Below, in pieces: positions 61,228 to 64,000 of a stretch of 64,000 nucleotides of DNA. Made by a program: the position numbers and the translations under genes. The first letter of the stretch is position 1; the number at the start of each line of letters is the position of its first letter. Under the pieces are notes generated by a model. The model searched no databases. It had not been told where the DNA came from and saw only the letters and a list, made by a program, of their open reading frames with translations. Where the stretch lies: contig DF237047.1 of NCBI GenBank assembly GCA_000708835.1, positions 124,001 to 188,000 of the forward strand, given 5' to 3'. The DNA comes from Klebsormidium nitens (taxonomy: Eukaryota; Plantae; Klebsormidiophyceae).

Positions 61228-62253
61228 TGTATGCCTATGTCAACTTCAAACGAAGTGAAGCTTTACTGACTCCCTTCCGTTCTCAATTGTGCGTCCAGAT
61301 AAAGAATTCGTTCCCGGTTGAGCTTCATAGATTGCGAAAAGGCCACAGAGCAAGTGCGTCGGTCTAAGTAGCTCCAAATGTGACAGAAACTGGTAGTAGT
61401 GTGTCCTCGCTTACACTGCTGACAGTTCACTTTAATTCTTCGTGAAAGAAGGAAGAAAAATTCTTCAAGGAGAAGGAAAAGTTGCATCCAAACGAAGCTG
61501 AGCAGAAGGTACTAAGAATATGGAAAGAGAATCTGCAGAGACTGTTTCACAGGCTAGACCGGCAGCCTGGAAAGAATCTGCTTAGGAGAGGCTCTTCCAG
61601 CACAAGTGTCGTACTGGTAGCGCGACAGTTTCAACCCTTTGTTCCTTCTGCTACACTTCTAGACCAGATTAGATATCTTCAAGCTCCTGCAAAGAGAATG
61701 GAGGAAGCGCGCGAAGCTCACTTTTCAGATTCCTGTTGAATCAGGTTTGTCTCGTGTGACTGCGTTCCTGGTCTGCAAAGTGGTCGCGTGACCCGAGTTG
61801 CGATTCCTGCAAAAGTACCACATCGAGGCCGTCCCATCGACACGTGGAAAGTCGACGGCGAAAGATGGTGCCAGGGAGGCAGAAGACTGCACTTTTTGGC
61901 AGAACGTAAACTGTACGTACCCACCTTGTAATACAGGTAGGTCAAAATAACCGTGCCCGTGATCGCTACCGTCCAACTTCCAAAAGCACCCGCACAAATG
62001 CCGCCGATGTTGAATCAACGATCAGATATCCATCTTACTTCTGCAACTGACAAGCGAAGTATAAACTTTCGAAGTTTGATAAATTGAGGTGAAAAGCTGG
62101 TATTAAAATTCTGACCCGCCACTAGTTCCAAAGTTGGCGCATGATGCAATATCGTCACTCGTGACTCGTGCGTGTGCGTGAGCGCTACGTACAGGGAAGG
62201 TGCATCATGGCCCCGGTGGGCCATGGCAGTGATGCTCAGCTGCAGATCCGCCA

Positions 62254-64000
<1,747 letters not shown>

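Noticed and set aside
61482-62018. Short ORFs between the kinase and TMEM184 starts
   Set aside because: No motifs and mostly non-ATG starts; probably promoter or UTR sequence.

Overview
Eukaryotic nuclear DNA from an intron-rich, plant-lineage genome with GC-rich exons; gene set and style suggest a streptophyte alga such as Klebsormidium (inference). I reconstructed nine spliced genes by hand: the 3' part of an ARP/APE1-type AP endonuclease (+), an HPP-family membrane protein (-), a TPR-PB1 (PHOX/CLMP1-like) protein (+), a tandem two-domain universal stress protein (+), an HY5-like bZIP (-), a nodulin-like MFS transporter (+), a long-form tRNase Z (-), a divergent SnRK2-like kinase (-) and the 5' part of a TMEM184/OST-alpha protein (+). 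There is also a single-coding-exon ORF of possible prokaryotic or viral type (4773-5198) and a three-copy orphan coiled-coil gene cluster (53056-55788). The most striking structure is about 40 'exon echoes': diverged tandem copies of an exon edge plus its splice site, lying in the adjacent intron, around 16 splice sites in 6 of the 9 genes. One echo, in tRNase Z, may have replaced the original exon end. Four of about 50 inferred introns need GC donors. No tRNA, rRNA, CRISPR array or intact transposase was seen. All exon coordinates were derived by eye and are not validated by transcripts.
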